DNA of 64,000 bases from Cycas panzhihuaensis (lineage: Eukaryota > Plantae > Cycadophyta), in assembly GCA_023213395.1 (NCBI GenBank), contig CM041465.1, positions 249,743,741-249,807,740 on the forward strand, in the 5' to 3' direction. Below the pieces are notes generated by a model that ran no database searches, was not told the origin of the DNA, and saw only the letters and a list, made by a program, of their open reading frames with translations. Each line of letters begins with the position of its first letter. The first letter of the stretch is position 1. Made by a program: the position numbers and the translations under genes. Positions 37,590-52,187 of this stretch are shown one piece after another.

Positions 37590-40361
37590 TATCATGATCC
37601 CTCTAAAGCATAAGGTGCTCATGACTTTGCCTTAATACAATTCACCTAAGTTACCCAACAAGGCTAGCACCAAACTATCTAAAACTTGAACTTGCAAAAG
37701 TTAAAATCAAAATAATACATGTATAGTAGAAACCTTTGCCTAAAGAATGTGACAAATCTAAGTGAACAAGGGTTCTCAAATATTTATAAACAAATTTATT
37801 TTTCTCATAATAACATATGTACAGATAGAAGAGATTATAATTTTATATTCCTTAATGAGATAATGTACAAGTAATATATATAAAGAGGAAGAACTAACCT
37901 GATTTCTCAAATGGATTCACCATCCATCCAATTAAAATTCTAACAAGGGAATTGTTCCTGAGCTAGAGCACATAACATGAATGCTAGAGTATAAGTATTT
38001 TACTTTTCACTCAATCACCAACTTTATCTTTCTACAGAAGATTTCTTTAGAATATAAATTTGGGAATAGTTATTACTATAAATTTTAAATTATTATTATA
38101 ATATTTTTATTTTTAGATGTAATTTTTAATATCTCCACACTTTACTCATTCCTTAAGATATAACTAGAAATGCCATACCACATATGGATCCTTATTGTTG
38201 GATTAATCTTATTCGACTACCACATTATGACCATGCATGTTGCATACCATGAAACACATGAAGATAGTGGCTCATGTGTTTCATACCACACTTAGTTGTA
38301 TGCATGATCACTTACTCTCATCTATATGAGGAGCGTGTTTCATACCACATGACCTATCCAAGTATGAGGTAGCAATCCATACTATATATGTATTACTCAT
38401 GCACATAAAATAACTAAAGGGGACTCAGTCAACCCTCATGCATTGTAAAAATAACTATAGGATAAGGAAATCACTTAACTATGCCTCAAACTATATAACC
38501 AAAGCATAGGGAATTGACTCAACTCTATCTTAAATTGTATGACTAGAGTATAATGGATTTGCTTAACCCTATCCTAAATTGTATAACCAAAGCGTAGGGC
38601 ACTCACTGAATCCTCATGCATATAAAATTAAATAGACTATTATATAACACCAATCAAGCAGTCCAATGGGATTAAAGAAATAATTCTCTCATATGTTCAT
38701 AGTATAATCTAATCATGTATCTTCATAGAATGATAGTAGTCACCAAGAAAATATAATACCAATTTGGATAATTTCCTCCAAAACTAATACTACTAGGCTA
38801 TAGAAATCCCATGCAAGTTAATTAATAGATGGCCAAATAGAGTATACAAAACTAGACTAGATATTCATCTCTAGAGTCATATTATCAAGATATAAAATCT
38901 TATGTAGGTTGCTTAATAAATGTCAAACCTTAAACCATTAAACCAAATCTAATATTCTAACTTATTTTCTCCACATAATAATACATTTTCCTTAAAGAAA
39001 ATAAAATTTGTTGAGATGATTACTTTTCTACTAACCTCAAAAATGCACCTCTCCTTTGCTCATTGCCTCTATATCTTTTCTTCTAATCATTGCCTTTGTC
39101 TCCTCTCTTTTGCTCATTGCTTCTATCTCTTCTCTTCTACTCACTACCCTTATTATCTAGAAATGATTACTTTTCTCTAAGTTATCCAAACTCTCCTTTG
39201 CTCATTGCCTCTATATCTTTTCTTCTAATCATTGCCTTTGTCTCCTCTCTTTTGCTCATTGCCTCTATCTCTTCTCTTCTACTCACTACCCCTATTATCT
39301 AGATTTTTCTACTCCATTAGAGTCAATTGATCCCTTGCTATTAATGCCATTAAGGCTATGTGGAAGAAATCTGAGTTATGGTGGTTGTGGAATTCTTTTA
39401 GTTATTACTATTTGAAAATGACTATCAACTACCTACCATGCCCAATTTATGAAAAATACCTCTACTTCATGAGTCTCTTAATGATCATTATTATTGAGAT
39501 ATTTACGTGCTTTTTTTATGATTCCAACATCGTTAATTTGATATGGTTTTGTCAAATAATGAGAGAGATACTAGTCGAATGGTGTAGGTCTATCATTGGA
39601 TTATTTTCTTGACCTTTTAGGTAGTTATTTGTTCTTAAAGGTTGTTTGTGAGATTGTAAGGCATTCCCTTTATTTGCATAAATTCACACTCGAACATGCT
39701 AGGTTCCATCTCCTAATGATCCATTTATAAAGTTGCAAAGAGTCTTTTACTTGATAAGACTTAACTTAATTATTTACTTTAAATCCTCATATATTTTCAT
39801 TCTAATGTCAAAATTTTATTCTTTACCACTTATTGGAATATTGGAAATCTACTCTTCCACTTGGTGAAATCGTTCTTTATAAATTTAGTACCTCTATCAA
39901 CTAAGCTCTTACATCCCAAGGATGCTATATAGATCTCTAAACTCAGAATCTACCCTTACATTTATTTTAGCCATTTATTCCTCCTTTATTTATATCATAT
40001 GCTCCCCTATCTATGCTTCCCATCTGAGTAATCTAGTTGGCTTTTGTATTATGCAATCCATACCAATATAAATATCACATCATTTGAGGTGTCAGAGGAA
40101 GAAGTCAATCACCTTATAACATAGCACAACATAAGTAAACTAAGTATCCTAATGAACAAAACTAAAGGATACACCCTCACACCTAGTGGAGCATGGAATA
40201 AGCTTCCACATTATGTAGACTTAGCAAAGCTATGAAGTGAAAAGAGTTAATAAATTAACAAGGCTATGAGATGAAGAAGACTTTGCATACATACATAGTT
40301 TAAGGAGTAAATTATCAAAGAAAGATAGGAGATCAAGTTGAATAAGGATTAGGGCCTTACA
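37590..40361 (-). repeat. 3' LTR of chromovirus (2.77 kb) with internal tandem repeats
   Basis: Matches 44074-45212 over ~37590-38460 and ~40135-40361; ~55-bp repeats at 38400-38630; ~142-bp duplication at 39017-39303. Confidence 0.78.
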
Positions 40362-41149
40362 TCCCCCTTTCCTTCAAAGAAACATTGTCCTTGATGTGAT
40401 TTAGCCTACTACAAATAAATGTGGATACTATTATCATATGTTATCTTCATGCTCCCATGTGGCTTCTTCTAGAGTTAAGTGTTTTTGTTGCACTTTTACT
40501 TACTGGTCTTATTTTATAAAACATTCTCTCTATTGTCAAAAACTTTTATGGGTTGTCCTTTAGAGTTAAGACTTAGTCTAGCTATAAGGTTAGTAGATCA
40601 TCTACACTCTAGTTTGGATTACTAGAAAACTTACCAATAGTAGTTGTATTCTTGTCACTTAAATCTAACTTATTCCTTGACTTAATGACATAATCTTTTT
40701 CTCTATCATAAACTAGTATCTTTGGCCACCTTGTTATCATAAACCTAACATCCCTTATAGTTCTTCATGGCAATGGATTTCAATTAATTTCAATCTCATG
40801 ACTAAACAAGTCTTTGTTGTTGTTTGCATTATTTTTAACTACTATCTTAAACTTCAAAGCTTATCATTATCTTAAACATGAATTTGAAAATCATAATTCT
40901 GTTGAAATTAATAATGCAAGATCAAATTTGACACGACTAATTATTGGATTGTTGGATAGCTAACCTATTATTTATAAGCCAACATACATGTCAAACATTT
41001 AAATCATTCCATCCATTACAAAATCCACCAGGGGGCCATGTCAAATATTAGAATATAGGTGGTCTATTTTGAGTCTCTTAGAACTCATTGCCTAAACACT
41101 TAATTTTAGTTGTTGTGTCAATAGGTCTTTAAAACAAGCCCTCTATATT

Positions 41150-41660
41150 TGCCTTGGATTCTTATTATATTTCTTCAAATATTGGAGTGCCTCCTTTCCA
41201 CACCTATATTGTGTAAAATTCGTTATCATTCTAGTCCATGAAACTACATTTTTGTTTGAGCATTCCATTGAATACTTGGTGTGCACTTGTCATACTCCTA
41301 CACTTGGTATATATGTCAATAAGTACATTCCTAATAGAGACACTTGCCTTAAAACTAGCTTTGATGGTGTGAGCATGGACTTGCTTGCCTCGTTCTAGAG
41401 TTACTTCAGTGGCACATACACTAAGAATGGTCATGGAGGTAAATTGATCTATTTTTATCCCTATCCTTTGCATGCGGCAAAAGAGCTTTAAAATCCTCAC
41501 CATATCTATTATGTGCACATCTAGTGATCATTACAATAAACAAGACATCTCGTTTTAGCATTGTGCACATAATTATATCCCCAAGTGAAAGATCATATTC
41601 CTAGATGCCTATGAACCATGGCTCATTCAAGCATTTTGTTAAATAGTTGGCATATAACCT
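41150..41660 (-). pseudogene. PLS-class pentatricopeptide repeat (PPR) gene fragment
   Basis: ORF 41231-41518 LKLFCRMQRIGIKIDQFTSMTILSVCA...LERGKQVHAHTIK...NVLIDIYTKCRSMTSAHQVFNGM; continues after a frameshift as VSWTRMITNFTQYRCGKEALQ; upstream relics AQLFNKMLE and MLKRDV. Confidence 0.88.
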
Positions 41661-41680
41661 CTACATAACACCTTTGCAAC

Positions 41681-41682
<2 letters not shown>

Positions 41683-41718
<36 letters not shown>

Positions 41719-41728
41719 ATACACATAT
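41683..41728. repeat. (CA)n microsatellite
   Basis: Directly visible. Confidence 0.95.
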
Positions 41729-43544
41729 ATTGATAACTTGATGGATAGATTGATAACCAGATTAATAGTTGAATATGGGCACCTTTCATATGAGCAGGAG
41801 CTACATAAGCTTGATAGCCCTTTTGCAAAGTTTTATTTATTGTGTACTGCCTATGTTATCTAGTAGGTCTACTCATTAGACTTCATCATTTCAGAGAGTA
41901 TCCAAGAAGTTTAATGATAATTTCATAATACATGATATCTAACTTCTCTCTAACCTTTTATATTTCTCTAAATATTTCCTTAGATTTCTAGTAATTATTG
42001 TTCTTTGCCATACAAGCTCATTAATAAATTATATGTAACTAAATCTAGGTTCAACCTATTTTATTTCATAAATCTTGATATACCATGGGCTTGATCAATA
42101 TGACCATATTTTCCATATATACCTATTGTGGCATTGAAAGCAACTATGTTTAGGGAAACTCCCATTCTTTTCAACCTTGAGAAAGCATATGCTATCTCAT
42201 TTAGTAGACTACACCTGTTAATGATAAGCACAAGGGTTTTGAGTAGTACCTAGCTAGGATAAATAACTCTTGAATATATATCTTCTATGAGTGCCTTCAA
42301 ATGCTTTGAATGATCAACACTTTCATAAACATATGTAACATATGCATTTTTATTTAGTTTACAACCCCCACTTCTTACTTCCTACATATTCTAAATGCAT
42401 ATATCAGCATTAAGAATTGATCTCATTATTTTCGCCATTAGAATTGATCAGTAATAGGTGTTATTACACACAAACTCTTTGGAGTCATTTTTATTTTAGA
42501 TTTTTTATAGGCAAATTTTTTTTAATATGAAATCAACATAGGATTTTCATAGAATAAAATTTGGCAAAATATGACAAGCTTGGAAATTTAAATGCTAATT
42601 GATTTCCTCCTTAATTCTCCACCTTGAAATCCTTGCCATTATATGTTATTTAGTGTACATATATGAAAATCATATATTAGTATTCATAAATTAAATTTTA
42701 ACAATCATGCAAAACTATTTTTCACCACTTATTTGTGTTGCTAATAAGGTTTGAAGATCCTTAAACACATCAAAATATTCTCATGGCATTTGTTATAGCT
42801 ACTGCTTTGGCTTCTTTTCACCAACTTGCCACATGTGCATGCATGTCGATTGCCCATTGGGCTTCATTTACTACTATGGGTTACAACTCCATATTATGGG
42901 CTACTCCTCCTATACTTGACTTTTGTGGATAATTGAAGGCATAATGTCCTTGCTTATTACATCAATAACATGTAACTTCACCCAATTTTCTTGGGTTATA
43001 TTAAGGTTGATCAAAATACTTTACACCTTAATCCTATTGTGGAGGTTTGAAACTTCTTCTTGCTCCATGCTTTGTTGATCTTGTCCTTAGAGTCTTGATA
43101 GATGGTTCAATTTGTTTCAAGTTATTGTACACACTCATATCATCAATTCATCTTTTAGTTCTACTTGTATTTTGGTAAGACAAGCTTTCTTGTGGTCTTC
43201 CATTCTTATTCTCATTGCTTCTTGTGTTCTAAGTTATTCTTTCAATGCTTTCTTACTCAATGATCCTTTGAATTATATGAAGCATTTATCCATGGTTCCT
43301 TAGAATTCCCTCATTATCCTCCTTGTAGCTTCTCAACTTTTCTTGCAAATTATGATTTGTTTCTACTAAGATTATCAAAATATTAGTGTGTGTATGTCCT
43401 CTCTACCTTGGAATTTCTTTTATTTTTGTTTCTTCAAAGTTTGATGTCCTTGGTCCTCTTGAGATGTTGGTTCATCATCCCTCATTATCCCCATTTTTTT
43501 CCTCAAACTGAGGGTCAACACTCTCCACATTTGTGTTTCGGTTT

Positions 43545-43830
43545 AGCAACCTATCAAGCTTCAACTTATGAAACCCTAATAGTAATCTATCAACGTTACA
43601 ACTTATAATACCCTAATAGAAATCCTCTCAATACTGCAACCTATGAAATCTTAGTAGCAGTCTACCAATATTATAACTTATAAAATCTTGGAAATAATTC
43701 TATAAAGAGTGTGACTCATGGAATCTTGGTACCATTCTACTAATATTGCAATTTATGAAACCCCAGCAACAATTTATCGATGTTGTAGTATATGAAATAC
43801 TAGCAACAATCTGCCAATGTTATAACCTTG
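43545..43830. repeat. Degenerate ~38-bp tandem array in the chromovirus 5' leader
   Basis: About 7 units of caacttatgaaaccctagcag.aatctaccaatgtt-like consensus. Confidence 0.7.
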
Positions 43831-44073
43831 AAGTCAATCACTTATGATCTCTTAGTAAGCTTCCAAATCTATTACTCTATTATGTTTAAACTTCAACTGT
43901 TCTTTGAAAAGTTCTTTATAAGCTTTCAACCCTATAAGCTTTAAACCAAGCTTCAAGTCAACTCTGTTAAGTTCTTCACTAGCTTTAAACTAACTTTGTT
44001 AAGTTCTATACCAACTTTATAAAGTTATTTACCAACTTTATTAAGTTCTTTACTTGGCTACTGTAATATTGAT

Positions 44074-44354
44074 TGTCATGACCCCTTTGAAGCACAAGGT
44101 GCTCCTAAGTTTGCCTTGCTGGAACTCACCTTAGTTACCCAATAAGGTAGTATTAAATTATCCAAATTTTGAATTTGCTAAAGCTAAAATTAAAATAATA
44201 CATTCATAGTAGAAACCTTTACTTAAAGGATATGATAAATCCAAGTGAATAGGGGTGCTCATACACTTATAAATAGATTTCTTTTCCTCATAATAGCATA
44301 TGCAAAAATACAAGAGATCATAGTTTTATATTCCTCAATGAGACAATGTATAAG

Positions 44355-44388
<34 letters not shown>

Positions 44389-45212
44389 GAGAAGAACCAA
44401 CTAGATTGTTCAAATAAATTCAATGCCCAACTAATCAAAATCTTGAGTAGGAAATTGCCCCTAATTTGGAGCACATTATATGAATGTTGGAGTACTAGTA
44501 TTTCACTTTTCACTCAATCTCCAACTATTCTATTTTACGTTAGACTTCATAAAATACAAATATGTGAATAGTTGTTGCTATAATCTTTTAATCACTACTA
44601 TAATATTTTTATTTTTAGTTATGATATTTCATATCTCCACACTTTACTTGTTCTTCAAGACATAACTAGAAATTCCATACCACATATGGATCCTTGTTGG
44701 ATCAATCTTATTAGACTGACTCACTGTGACCATGCATGTCCCATACTATGCAACTCATGAAAATAATGGCTTGTGTGTTTCATACCATGCTTAGCTACAC
44801 ATATGGTCATTTTCTTTCATCTATATAAGAAGTGTATTTCATACATATAACCTATTCAAGCATGAAGTTACAATCCCTACTATGTAGGCATTACTTATGT
44901 ACATAAAATAACCAAAGGGGGATCACTCAACTCTCATTCATACAAAATAACCAAAGGGGGATCACTTAATTCTCATTCATACAAAATAAACTAGTTATCC
45001 TAATGAATAAAACTAAATAATACACCCTCATAATTGGTGGAATATGGAGTAAGGTCTTTCCTCACATAGAATGAACAAAGCTATGAAGTGAAAAGAGTTT
45101 ACATATAAAGAAGGCCATGAGACAAAGAATAATTCACATACATACATAGTTTGAAAAGTAACCTATTTAAGAAATATAAAAGGCCAAGCTAAATTAGCGT
45201 CAAGCCCTTGTA
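44074..45212 (-). repeat. 5' LTR of chromovirus (1.14 kb, ~1.7 kb shorter than its partner)
   Basis: Starts TGTCATGACCCC; colinear with the 37590 LTR except for one large gap; contains (GT)n at 44357-44386. Confidence 0.78.
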
Positions 45213-47299
45213 GGCCACCACTAAACTTATTAGTCAAGATGATGTGTGAAGTCAAACAAGTCTATAGTTTAATGAATGACAATTTAAAACTTATGAACTA
45301 GTCACCGTTAAACCTATGGATGTGTTAATACATGTGTGTGGTTACTTAGAGGTTAGTGATTCAATGAATAATAATGTAAGACTCATAATCTAGTCACCAT
45401 TAAACTTGTTGACATGCTAAAAAATGTGAGAGAGCTCTTTTCTCTCTTTTTCTTTTTCTTCTCTTTCTTTTTTTTTTAAAGGGTTATTACTCTTTTGCGC
45501 ATATATCAAAATAAGTATACAATCCAATGAATGATGATGGGACCTAGAAACCAATCATTGTTGAACCTATTGACAAGTTTTATATATTCTTAATATTTGT
45601 ATATGATTATTACCTTTGAGTTTGAGTGAGAAGAAATCAATCCATTTAAGGATACATGCCCTTTAAAGTATATTAGCTATGTCCATATTTAGCAAAACAT
45701 GAACTCAATTATACCCAAAATAACAACCCTATTAAGCCAAACTACAAAAAATTTAGGAATCCACCAATTAGATGAGAATTCCTAACTTGGATTAGGGAAG
45801 ATTGGGGCATGACTAAGTAATCTAGGAAATCCTATATTGTAGGAATTATGAAAGATCATACTAGTAAATGCAATGAGAGCATAAAGTATTAATCCAATGT
45901 GTGGAAATAAGGCATTGCAATGACTAGGGAGTAAAGATAAGTATATCATAAACAAAGAAAATTTTAGGAGGAATATTAGAAATTAAAACTTTAAGCATGT
46001 TTGAATTCAATATTTTAAATAAGGACTTTTTAATATAAAAACTAATATCTTCCAAACAAGTCTCAACATGCATGTTGTAATATCAATGTATAAAGTGCAT
46101 TAATGATAGTAATCAATGATTCAATATTGAAAAACTCATTTCTTCATATCAAAGACAAATGTAAGTGCAAAACATGTTGTATGCAAAAACAAAGTTATAC
46201 GAGTGTTTAATTTTTACTCATGGCAAAGTATTTTTGCTTGTACCTTGAGTTAAGAGTGTCAAATTCTTGCATGAATAGTTTCATTAAGACTAGATTTCGA
46301 TGATGGCACATATAGGATCATATATGGTAAGAAAACTAATCATATCTGGTAAGAAAACTAACTCAAAACTTTTTTATTCTCACGTTTTTTATGTTTTAAA
46401 GAGTTTTTTGGGATTTATAATCTTGAGTTTCCATTTTCATGAAGGAAGGGTATATAAAGGCTAAATCAGTCCTTATTTCTTTTAAAACTAAGGGATTGAC
46501 TAGTACTAAATAACTTTATTTAATTAAAATTTATTTATGTGGATAATATTTGAGTTTTATTTTTTTTAAGGCATATAATATACATGTTGTATACTACAGG
46601 TTAAATCATTTTAGCTATGGCATAATTTTTGTGTGAGAATTTTAACTTTTTTGCTTTTTATTTTTAATTTTTCACTATTATAACACTATACACTAGCATA
46701 TATCTCATGTTTTCTATGCAAATACTTAGATAGATATTTAATAGGGAAAATTTGGGAGTATATTTATCTACTTTAGTGAGCTAAATAATAGATGAAAATA
46801 GAGTCATTTTGAGATAATATAGTCTATTGTGAACATATTACTTTATGTAGTTATGGATGGATGCTGCTCTAATAGTAGATTAAGTGAGATACTAGGATCT
46901 AGTTTTTCATGTCTTCTATTTTAAGAGACCATGTGATATCATGATTACATAGTGATAGGTTAGGAAGATAGTAGGGTTGTCTTGTACTAGTGAGGAGGTG
47001 GTCTTATTGAGTCCATAACTAGCCATTAGGGATTATAGCAATCCTATTCTATTGAGGAGAAGTAGGTATGTTATTAGAAGTTAGTTTTTAGGGAGTAGTA
47101 CTTTTAAATTAATATGAAGTCTATTTTTATATTAGGAAATTGATATTTTATTATTAATATTATTATTAAAGTTAAAATTTTAATGGGGATCCATATTGGT
47201 ACTTATGTAGTTTTTGTTTTTGGATTAATCTTAATTTTATTTGGCACTTGGTGCTTAGGGCAATTTTACCTATTTAGCTTTTATTTTAGTTTTTTTTTT

Positions 47300-48570
47300 T
47301 TTTTAATGTTTGAAGAAGTAGATCCAATTTAAGATCACTTCAAGGCTTGAGAGAAATCCAATGAATTCTTGTCATGTTAAAAGGACATATGGAAACATAT
47401 AAGAATAAGTGTGAATGATATCATAGAGGCAAGGAAGATACCACTAACATGAAGTATAATTAGTATTGTGCTTATTTTTAGAATTGCCCATAGACAAAAC
47501 TACATGTAGGTATAAGGGGGTAGACAGCCATAATTTGGAGATGTGAGACTAGATTAGGGATAATTTAGAAATCACTAATTCTCAATAATATATACCATTA
47601 GTTAGATCTGATCAAATTTAATAAGTTTCTAGTTATAACTCCTTATACAAAGATAGAAGTTTTGGAGATTGGTGACTCTAGTATGAACTGGTGGAGTAGA
47701 TCTTACCAAATTAGGAGGTGAAAAAATAATGTTCATGCCCATAGCCTAAACATGCTATATCCAATAGATAGGATAACAAATCCATACGTAGAGACACATT
47801 ATGATTCAATTGACGAGGACCCAATTAATAAGGCTATAAGTATAGGTTGGAAGGGGGGATGTGTAGGGGATATACCACAAGGTGAGAGAGGTTGTGGTAA
47901 CCAAGCCAAGGGACAAAGAGATATAAGGCATTAAATATGTGGTGAGAACCCTAATATATCGATAGGATCTTGGGAAATTATGGTTGATTAAGTGGAAGTA
48001 GACTCCAGTGATGATGACGGTAGGTAATATTTCTGCCTCTTCTTGTATCTTTTAGTTGAATTTACTGATATAATTTTAAAAGTTTTATAGAATGACTAAT
48101 TGATGCTCAAATTTTCTATTATGTATAAATGTAGAGATGATTGATGGGATTGTGATGAGACATGCTTTAGATGCCATATTCCCATATGTATATAAGGGTG
48201 AGGAGGAGGACCTAGTAGATACAAGAAACCATAGAGAGAAACCCCCTATATGAGTCACTTCAATCCAACTATCCAAGTGAGAGATATATACAAATGGTAG
48301 CAATAAGAGCTAGCGACATTGTGAGAGGGAGTGAGAGGTGTGGAAATTCTATAAAGACTAGTGAACCTCTCTCATAAGATAGTTATGGAAAGGAATCTAC
48401 AAATAAGAAATCTATAATGTAGGATCATATGACTATTTAGATGAAGAGATAGACCTTGAGAAGAGAATTCATATAGTAGATAACAATAGACACCTAGAAA
48501 GAGAACTAGGAGTAGAGAGAGGGGATCACAAAGGAGAGATGGACCTACTCTATGACTACTAGGGAGTGAT
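47300..48570 (+). pseudogene. Degraded homolog of the antisense PMD-like gene
   Basis: Gapless matches to the young copy: IPLT*SIISIVLIFRIAHRQNYM*V*GG vs IPRVRKLILLCILFWISQKQNYREIPGG; SLNMLYPIDRITNPYV vs SLDLLTLTDYIAEPYI; IFPYVY vs LFPQVY after an intron-like segment at ~48020-48134. Confidence 0.75.
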
Positions 48571-51500
48571 TTAAATATCTCATATGAGCATATAATATAT
48601 GTACTCATGAAAGGATAAGAACATAAACATGATACACTGATGTACCATTTTTAGGTTTTGTATACACAAATATCATTTTGATTATTTACCACCAAAGGAT
48701 ATAGATTCAATATATATGATGTGACTATTCCCCTTATTCTACTTCATTTAATTTATTATAATTATATTTTTTTATATATGTGTGATAATTTATACTCTTA
48801 TAGGAGTGTGTTTGAATTATCATAGTTTATGTTTTTTGGTAATTAAATTTTTAGAGTTATAGTTTATTCTCATTATAGATGTAGTGGCATATGATGGATC
48901 ATGCATAATATTTATGAAGGAACTATGAGTTGACAAAAAATTCAAACTTGATTCCTTCTATTATGCTAAGTATTTAGGCCTTATTTTTTAAATATTTAAG
49001 AAAAATGAATGGTCCTACCCACTTGGGTTCATGTTCATGAAGTTTATTATGTAAATCTTCCAACTTAAGGACTTCGTCTATAAGAACAAAGGTTCTTAAA
49101 TGTAACTTAGGGTGATGAGAAAGACAATTTTTATACTTAAAGATAAGATTTTTTTGGTGAGATTGAAGTCTAGTTTCATGCATTTATTCTAATTCTAAGA
49201 ATTTGTCTTGAATCCAATTCTCATTAGTGAATTTTTTCAATGATATATATAAGGAAGTGATTTTGATTTCCAGTGGGAGAACTACTTTTGTACCACAAAT
49301 GAGTGAGAATGGGGTCATCACAATAACAATATGAATGGGTGTTCTATAAGCCTGAAGAGTAGGATACAATTATGTATGCTAGTTATGAGAGGAATTAGAA
49401 ACTATTTTTTAGAGAATATTTATCAAAATCTTGTTGAAAGCTTCAACTTAATTGTTTGCTCGTGGATAGTAAGGAGAAGAAGTCTTATGTGTGATGTAGA
49501 ATTTTTTCATAAAGTTGATAAACATCTTTATTACAGAATTGGGATCTATTATCAATAACAATTATATTAGAAATCTTGAATTAATAAATGATCTAGTTAA
49601 AAATAAAAGAATTGATAATTTTTCCTATAGTAGAGGAAAGCATAATATCTTTAGCCCATTTTGTAAAATATTTTGTAGTTGTAAGGATGAATTTATACCC
49701 TCCTATTTAAGCAAGGGTGATAACTCTAATGAGGTCCAAGCCCCATTGATAAAAAGGCTAAGGAGAGACTACAACCTTCATGGAGATTGCAGGTTGATGA
49801 ATAACATGTGCATGCTCTTACCATTTTTTACATTTAAGAATATGAGTATAAGAGTCTTTAAAAAGTGTGGGCTAGTAATATCCCATGCGAAGGATATGTT
49901 GGATAGTTACATGTCCCCCAAAGTGACCACCATAAATGATATTATAACATTCATGTAAAGTTGTTTTCACTTTTGATAGGTTAAGACATCTTAAGAGCAC
50001 ACCATTAAAAGAAAATTTACAAAGAACAATGTCAATGATGACGTAGTCTCAGGCCATAGTCCTAATCCTACATCTATACCTATATAAGGAACCATTCAGA
50101 AGTTCTTGGGTTTGTAAGAGGCAAACAACATCCTTATACCAATCACAAACTTGTGTAATATCAATATGCAAAATATATTCATCTGGGAATGAATCATCTA
50201 CAAGTCAATTTTCATGCTTGGGTAAGGGTGTGTCTATTAATTGCTCAACTATGACCATGCTTTCTTTAGATTTACATTTCGCCATTACTAGATCAAATTA
50301 CATTTTCCTAATCATCCAGTCAAATCTAACCTCATTAATAAGTATCAAAGAGGATTAGTTTAGATTATTACATGTGTAATATTTTCCAAAAGATAATGCC
50401 TAAGCTTCTTCATAGCAAAAATAAGAGAATGGGGTTACTTATCTATTTGTATATAATTGACCTTAGCTACCGCTAAGGTTTGAATGATAAAATAGATAGT
50501 CCATTTATTACTTGACTTGTCTTCCTAAGAAGTGTGTCCTTCCTAGGAAATTCATTGAGTGGATAAGAAACAGTGGAAAATTCCTTAACGAAACATTGTA
50601 GAAACCTAATACATCCTAAGAATGATTTAATCTATTTTTGTATGTGAAGAGGTGGTATTTCCAAGATAGCCTTGACCATTTTAAGGTTAAGACAAATGCC
50701 ACCATGTCAAGATCTTGCCTATTGTCATAATAAATGCATACTTGACAAGATTGAGACAAATACAATATTTATATAAGTAAGTGAAAATGACCTGAAGATC
50801 ATTAATATGATATGTGTGCTTTTTAGAAAGGCCTAATATATCATCTATATAAACCCTAATAATCCTATTAATGAGATCATGGAAAATAAATTGCATTACA
50901 TGTTGATATATAGCTCTTATATTTTCTAGACTAAAGCATATAACTTTATAATAAATGGTACCCCAAGGTGTTGTGAAAGTTATTTTATATGAGTTAGCTT
51001 CAGAAATTTTGTTTTTATTATAATCGACAAAGCCATCCATAGAGACATAACTTCAAAACCAAGAATTCTATCAATAATTTGATCAATGAAGGGTAGAGGA
51101 AATTTTTCTTTTGGGTAATATTTATTAATATTCCTAACAAATGTTAATTTTTCCATTCTTTTTAGATATAGGTATAATATTAGAGACCCATGTACAATAA
51201 TGAATGAATTTGAGGAAGTCTGCTTGAAGCAACTTTTTTATTCATTTCTTAATTGTAGTTAAGAGGTTTGGATGGATAAGTCTTTATTTTTTGTAAGAAA
51301 GCTTTGAATGAAGATATGCAGTGATATTATGGATAATGATGTCAGGGTCAATACCTAGTATATCAATATAATTTCAAGAAAAAATATTAATGAATTCCTT
51401 GAAAAGTTTAGTATATTATTAAATCTCAAGAGGTATACATTTTGCTCCAATATTGATGATTTGAGGAGTATCATTGGTTGAAAGATTGATATCAATGGTC

Positions 51501-52187
51501 TCTCTCATAAGCATGGCATTACCTTCCTCAAAAGAATGAGAAGCATCAATAATAAGGGGAGAAGACTCCTTTTCCACTGGCCAGAGGTGATGAAGAGCAA
51601 ATGTACTTTTGAAAACCTAAATTGTGATGGTAAGGTAGAATATTTGTGTGAGATCCATCCATATACTCCATAATGGCTTCATCATTCATAAAATAATCAA
51701 TATCATAAGTATGGTTTAGTGATTGTGGTATGGTTATAGGAGAGAGGCCATCATAGTTTATACTCTTTAATGATATAAGATTTTCAATAAAAATACCATT
51801 TGAAGTTTATATACATCCAAAATGGGTGCTTGCAAGAGAGGTAGAAATACTTGATCATCAAAGGGTGAATCAATAATAATCTCTTCTTTAATAGAGAAAT
51901 CAGTATCAGGATCGAAAATTGAAGGAGAGGATGTGAAAATTCCATGTGTATTATAAGTTTCATAAAGAATATGATGTATCAAGTTAATTGAATGAAAAGG
52001 AAGTTTCACAAAGACATCCTCAACATCATCTTAAGTGGCAAGAATGACTCCATAAGAAGCAAAACCTAAAGGTATAAACTTAGAAGTTGGGATTTAAATT
52101 TCAAGAGGAGATTTTTGAATAGTTTATGTTAAAGGAAAATTAGGAATGCCTATACATTGTATGGTATAATATTTTCCTTCATGAATA

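Larger units (their letters stand above)
37590..45212 (-). mobile_element. Old internally deleted chromovirus (Tekay/Del-like) LTR retrotransposon
   Basis: LTRs 37590-40361 and 44074-45212; TSD GGTCA/GGCCA (4/5 match); PPT GAAGGAAAGGGGGA next to 40361; chromodomain relic VKVQQKHLTLEEATWEHEDNI..YPHLF at ~40413-40500; CCHC relic VTCY*CNKQGHYA at ~42938-42976; eroded iMet PBS at ~44058-44072. Confidence 0.8.

Noticed and set aside
43545-43830. ~38-bp array as a CRISPR-like locus
   Set aside because: Contiguous degenerate units without spacers; an ordinary retrotransposon leader repeat.
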